Positions 59,765 to 64,000 of a DNA stretch of 64,000 nucleotides are shown here, in pieces; position 1 is the stretch's first letter, and each line of letters begins with the position of its first letter. The stretch is taken from positions 151,657-215,656 of the IMG/VR virus record IMGVR_UViG_3300046694_000296, one strand, 5' to 3'. The position numbers and the translations under genes were made by a program. The notes under the pieces are model-generated. The model had not been told where the DNA came from. It worked only from the letters and a program-made list of their open reading frames with translations, and did not search any database.

Positions 59765-61037
59765 GCCGGGGCTGCCCGGGGTCACACAGCTGGCCGCGGA
59801 GATGCAGACGTTGTTCCTCCATCCGAAGCAGATGGAGGTCTTCCGATCGCCGCATCGTTTTCGCGTTGTGACGGCGGGGCGACGCTGGGGCAAAACTCAG
59901 CTCGCCAAAGTCTCGCTCATCAAATACGCCAAGGTGCCCGCGCGCCTCGTGTGGTATGTCGCGCCGTCCTACCGGATGGCCAAGCAGATCATGTGGCCGG
60001 ACCTGATCGCCGCGATCCCGCGCAAGTGGGTCAAGAAGATCAACGAGACGACGCTCACGATCACGCTGAAGAACGACACGCGGATCGAGCTGAAGGGCGC
60101 CGACAACCCCGACTCGCTGCGCGGCGTGGGCGTGCACTTTCTCGTCATGGACGAGGTGCAGGACATCAACCCCGAAGCGTGGAAAAAGGTGCTGCGCCCG
60201 ACGCTGGCCTCGACCGGCGGCCACGCGCTCTTCATCGGCACGCCCAAGTCATACAACTTCCTGTATGACCTGCACATGCTCGGCCAGGATCCAAAGAACC
60301 AGATTCTCGGCCGCTGGAAGAGCTGGCAGTTCCCGACGATCACCTCGCCCTTCATTCCGAAGTCGGAAATCGAAGCGGCGCGCGCCGACATGGACGAGAA
60401 ATCGTTCAAGCAAGAATTCGAAGCCTCGTTCGAAACGATGTCGGGCCGCGTGTATCACCCCTTCGATCGCAAGGTCCACACGGGCAACTATCCGTTCAAC
60501 CCGAGCCTGCCGATCTGGGTGGGGCAGGATTTCAACATCGACCCGATGAGCTCCTGCATCTTGCAGCCGCAGGAGAACGGCGAGGTGTGGGTGATTCACG
60601 AGCTCTCGCTCAAGTCCTCGAACACCGAGGAGGTGTGCGACGAGCTCGAACGCCTCTACTGGAAGCTCATCAAGCGGGTGTCGATCTTCCCCGATCCGGC
60701 CGGCGGCTACCGGCAGCACGCGCGCGGCGAGTCGGACGTGGACATCTTCAAGCAGAAAGGCTTCAAGAGCGTCGTCTACCGCAAGAAGCACCCGCCTGTG
60801 GCCGACCGGATCAACGCGGTGAACCGGATGCTGCGCTCGGCCGACGGGCGCATTCGCCTGCGAGTCGACAAGCGCTGCAAGGAAGTGATCCGGGCGCTGG
60901 AGCAGACGATCTACAAAGAGGGTGGGCGCGAGGTCGACAAGGACATGGGCGTCGATCACATGGGCGACGCTCTGGGCTATCCGATCGAGTATATGTTCCC
61001 CGTGCGTGAGATCAGCATTGCAGGCGTGTCGCTGTAG
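59751..61037 (+). CDS. terL: terminase large subunit
   Basis: TAGRRWGKT, LKGADNPDSLRG, LVMDE, IGTP, GQDFN, DHMGDALGY. Confidence 0.95.
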   Translation: MRVREPGLPGVTQLAAEMQTLFLHPKQMEVFRSPHRFRVVTAGRRWGKTQLAKVSLIKYAKVPARLVWYVAPSYRMAKQIMWPDLIAAIPRKWVKKINETTLTITLKNDTRIELKGADNPDSLRGVGVHFLVMDEVQDINPEAWKKVLRPTLASTGGHALFIGTPKSYNFLYDLHMLGQDPKNQILGRWKSWQFPTITSPFIPKSEIEAARADMDEKSFKQEFEASFETMSGRVYHPFDRKVHTGNYPFNPSLPIWVGQDFNIDPMSSCILQPQENGEVWVIHELSLKSSNTEEVCDELERLYWKLIKRVSIFPDPAGGYRQHARGESDVDIFKQKGFKSVVYRKKHPPVADRINAVNRMLRSADGRIRLRVDKRCKEVIRALEQTIYKEGGREVDKDMGVDHMGDALGYPIEYMFPVREISIAGVSL

Positions 61038-61084
61038 TGCTAGGATAAGTAACCCGTTACTCTACGATAGGCCGACCCTGAACC

Positions 61085-62656
61085 ATGTCGCTTAGCCAGA
61101 AACAGCTCCAGACGTTCATCAAGCGCCGTCATCCGCTCTATGAGCAGATGCAGGCGCATTGGGACTTCCTCGAGCAGACCTATGAAGGCGGCCGGCAGTG
61201 GTTCGTCGACAACCTGCACAAATACCGCAAGGAGGGCGATCAGGAGTATCAGGATCGCCTCAAGCGCGCCTATCGCTTCAACCACACGCGCGAGGTGGTC
61301 GATCTCCTGGACAAATACGTCTTCAAGATCGACATCAAGCGCAACGAGGACGCGCCCGACTACATCAAGGAGTTCTGGAAGCGCTCGACGCTCAATGGCA
61401 GCCCGATCGCCGACTACATGAAGCGTGTGTCCAACCGCTCATCGACGTTCGGCCGGATCTGGATCGTGGTCGATTCGACGAAGACCGCCGATGTGAAGAG
61501 CGTGGCTGACCAGAAGGCGGCCGATGCGCGCTGCTACAGCTACATCGTCAAGCCCCGCCACGTGCTCGACCTCTCGACCGACGAACTCGGCAAGCTCAAC
61601 TGGATTCTGATCTACGAGACGGCGCGCGATGACGCAGATCCGCTCACTTCGAGTGGCGAGATCATCGAGCGCTACCGCCTGTGGACGCGCGATGCCTCGC
61701 AGCTCTTCACGGTGGTGTATCAGCGCGGCAAGCCGATCATCCTGGTCGATGAGCCTGTCGCGCACGGTCTGGGCGTGGTCCCGGTGTTCGCCGCCGACAA
61801 CGTGATTTCGGACGAGCCCTACACGTCGCCCGCGCTGATCGCCGACGTCGCGTATCTCGACCGGGCGGTGGCGAACTACCTCTCGAACCTCGACGCGATC
61901 ATCCAGGACCAGACGTTCAGCCAGCTCGTGATTCCGAGCCAGGCGATCCCGGCGGGCGACGAGGGCTACGACAAGCTGGTGGAGATGGGCACGAAGCGCA
62001 TTTTCACGTATGACGCGACCGGTGGCGGCAAGCCCGAGTTCATCAGTCCGGACGTGAAGCAGGCGCAGCTCATCGTCGCGACGATCTCCAAGATCATCAA
62101 CGAGATTTATCACTCGACGGGCCTCGCCGGCGAGCGCACCAAACAGGACAACTCACAGGGCATCGACAACAGCTCCGGCGTTGCCAAGGCGTATGACTTC
62201 GAGCGCGTCAATTCGCTGCTCACCGCCAAGGCTGATTCGCTGGAACAGGTCGAGCGCCAGCTGTGCTACTTCGTCTCGCTCTGGAACGGCAAGAGCGACG
62301 TGGACTTCGCGCCCGACGCGACGGCCACCGATAAGGTCGGCCAGATGGTTGAGTATCCGAAGGACTTCGATGTCCGCGGCCTCTACGACGAATTCGACAT
62401 CGCCGCGCGCCTCGCGCTGATTGACGCACCGGACGCGATGCGCCGTCAGCAAATGGAAGCGACGATCGACAAGCTGTTCCCGATGCTCAAGCAGGATCTC
62501 ATCGACAAGATGAAGGCCGAGCTCAAAGCATGGCCGCCGAAAGACGTTTTGGCGGCGCCGGGCGCAGGTGGTTCGCCTGTCTCCTCGCAAGAGATTCAAA
62601 AGACAGGCGGCAAGCAAGTCGCCGGGCAGATGTTGAACCCCGGCAAAGCAGCATAA
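61085..62656 (+). CDS. portal protein
   Basis: Position after terL; HPLY...W..L.QTYEGG, Y..RL.RA..FN, SGVAKAYDF. Confidence 0.85.
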   Translation: MSLSQKQLQTFIKRRHPLYEQMQAHWDFLEQTYEGGRQWFVDNLHKYRKEGDQEYQDRLKRAYRFNHTREVVDLLDKYVFKIDIKRNEDAPDYIKEFWKRSTLNGSPIADYMKRVSNRSSTFGRIWIVVDSTKTADVKSVADQKAADARCYSYIVKPRHVLDLSTDELGKLNWILIYETARDDADPLTSSGEIIERYRLWTRDASQLFTVVYQRGKPIILVDEPVAHGLGVVPVFAADNVISDEPYTSPALIADVAYLDRAVANYLSNLDAIIQDQTFSQLVIPSQAIPAGDEGYDKLVEMGTKRIFTYDATGGGKPEFISPDVKQAQLIVATISKIINEIYHSTGLAGERTKQDNSQGIDNSSGVAKAYDFERVNSLLTAKADSLEQVERQLCYFVSLWNGKSDVDFAPDATATDKVGQMVEYPKDFDVRGLYDEFDIAARLALIDAPDAMRRQQMEATIDKLFPMLKQDLIDKMKAELKAWPPKDVLAAPGAGGSPVSSQEIQKTGGKQVAGQMLNPGKAA

Positions 62657-62733
62657 GACCCCGGCGGGTCGAGTGACCGGCCCGCCACACACAACCGACG
62701 GGCAAGAGAACGCCCACTGAAAGGCAACACACG

Positions 62734-63633
62734 ATGAACGCACTTCTTCGCAAGCTCCTGATGCAACAGGGCTACATGGACTCCCAAGGCGCCGAGGGCG
62801 GCGCAGGCGGTGGCGGCAATGCTCCGGCCAATGCTCCGGCAGGCGACCCGCCCGCAGGTGGTGCAGGTGGCGCAGGTGAGAACACCGGCAAGGCCGGCGG
62901 CGCAGGCGGCCAGGGTGGTCAAGGCGACCCGGCTGGCGGCAAGCCCTCGGACGAGGAAGCTCGTCTGCTCAAGGAAGTGATGGACAAGAAGGACAAGCTG
63001 AAGAATGCCCAGACGGCGCTCGAGCAAGCGAATGCTCGGCTGAAGGACTTCGACGGCATCGACGCCGCGCAGGTGCGCGCACTGCTGAAGGAAAAGGCTG
63101 ACGCTGAACTGGCGAAGCTCGAAGCGAAGGGCGAGTGGGATCGCCTGAAGCAGCAGATGGCCGACCAGCACGCCGCCGACATCGCTGCGCGCGATCAGGC
63201 GATGACCGCTGCGCAGTCGCAAGTGTCCGAACTCCAGTCACAGATCGCGGAGCTGACCGTGGGCAATGCCTTCGGCCAGAGCAAGTTCATCGCCGACGAG
63301 CTGACGCTCTCGGTTGCCAAGGCACGTCGCATTTACGGCGCGCACTTCGAGTTCAAGGACGGCGCAGTCGTCGCCTATGACAAGCCCGCGGGCGCCAAAG
63401 AGCGCACGGTGCTGGTCGATTCGAAGGGCGAGCCGCTGAGCTTCGATGCGGCGCTCTCCAAGCTCGTCGATGGCGATCCCGACAAGGACACGCTCATCAA
63501 GAGCAAGCTGCGCGCGGGCGCGGGCTCCAGCACCAACCCGGCGGCCGCACCGAGCGCGAAGCCCGGCGTGAACGCACCGCTTACGGGGCGCGCGAAGATC
63601 GCTGCGGGCCTCGCGAGCGCGGGCCTCAAGTAA
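62734..63633 (+). CDS. capsid scaffolding protein
   Basis: Gly-rich N-terminus, coiled coil, GAGS C-terminal region; between portal and capsid. Confidence 0.75.
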   Translation: MNALLRKLLMQQGYMDSQGAEGGAGGGGNAPANAPAGDPPAGGAGGAGENTGKAGGAGGQGGQGDPAGGKPSDEEARLLKEVMDKKDKLKNAQTALEQANARLKDFDGIDAAQVRALLKEKADAELAKLEAKGEWDRLKQQMADQHAADIAARDQAMTAAQSQVSELQSQIAELTVGNAFGQSKFIADELTLSVAKARRIYGAHFEFKDGAVVAYDKPAGAKERTVLVDSKGEPLSFDAALSKLVDGDPDKDTLIKSKLRAGAGSSTNPAAAPSAKPGVNAPLTGRAKIAAGLASAGLK

Positions 63634-63724
63634 GCCGTGCACAAAATGTTGTAAACCCGTGGCGTTCCTGTTAAAGTAAGTCACGGGTTACTTTACCCAT
63701 TTTCTTTTCGAAAGGAAGATTGAT

Positions 63725-64000
63725 ATGCCATTGCTGCGAGAAGAAGCCGACAAGCTGAGTAACAACCAGCTGGTCGCAGGCGTGATCGAGGAAATCATCG
63801 ACAAGGATGAGCTCTTCGCGCTCCTGCCGTTCGTCGGCATCAACGGAAAGGCTTACGTCTACGATCGCGAGAGCACCCTGCCGGACGCAGAGTTCTACGA
63901 CGTGAACGACGAGCTGGATGAATCGGCTGGCACGTTCACCGAGGTCGTGGCGAAGCTGCGCATCCTCGCTGGTGACGTGGACGTCGACAAGTTCCTGCAG
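63725..64000 (+). CDS. major capsid protein (3'-truncated by window edge)
   Basis: MPLLREEADKLSNNQLVAGVIEEII...LLPFVGINGKAYVYDRE.TLP...GDVDVDKF, open to window end; AAGGAAG RBS. Confidence 0.85.
   Translation, partial: MPLLREEADKLSNNQLVAGVIEEIIDKDELFALLPFVGINGKAYVYDRESTLPDAEFYDVNDELDESAGTFTEVVAKLRILAGDVDVDKFLQ

Larger units (their letters stand above)
903..63692. promoter_or_regulatory. dispersed 14-bp palindromic operator-like motif AGT(A/C)AC-NN-GT(T/G/A)ACT, about 21 copies
   Basis: Copies starting at 903, 5578, 6795, 11540, 12004, 16921, 20557, 22057, 22085, 24906, 27595, 29954, 36935, 40158, 48497, 49268, 54033, 56075, 58966, 61048, 63679; essentially all intergenic. Confidence 0.9.

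Noticed and set aside
1-64000. tRNA/rRNA genes, integrase, transposase
   Set aside because: None recognised by eye; a tRNAscan/Infernal run would be needed to exclude short RNAs

Overview
64 kb of a GC-rich (roughly 63-65% by eye) large tailed phage or phage-plasmid. The gene content resembles pHCM2/SSU5-type elements; a betaproteobacterial host is a guess from composition only. Layout: (i) 1-30 kb replication/recombination/nucleotide metabolism (MoxR/CobS-like AAA+, sigma-like factor, DnaE with a C-terminal UDG-like domain, HNH, UvsY-like, gp32-like SSB, 5'-3' exonuclease, RecA, SleB-like hydrolase, SbcDC, RuvC-like, NrdAB, ThyX, MazG-like, P-loop kinase, phosphoesterase, DEDD exonuclease, RNase H); (ii) 30-48 kb array of small accessory genes with paralog families and repeated leader motifs; (iii) 44-50 kb repeat-rich putative terminus/early zone; (iv) 50-54 kb minus-strand genes including an SF2 helicase and an endonuclease; (v) 54-58.8 kb ParB-N/Tad2-like/ParB-N/ABC ATPase/thioredoxin/GNAT cluster; (vi) terminase, portal, scaffold and the start of the major capsid gene. 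Most striking observations: a ~1.5 kb island (48.44-49.91 kb) with a strong sigma70 promoter in which the tetramer class HGGM/KCCD is absent on both strands, possibly linked to a packaging-adjacent DNA-modification cluster; about 21 intergenic copies of a 14-bp palindrome AGTAAC-NN-GTTACT at promoters across all modules; a shared C-terminal 'GSW' tail on unrelated proteins; and apparent window-wide avoidance of GTAC. All counts were made by eye and need computational confirmation.
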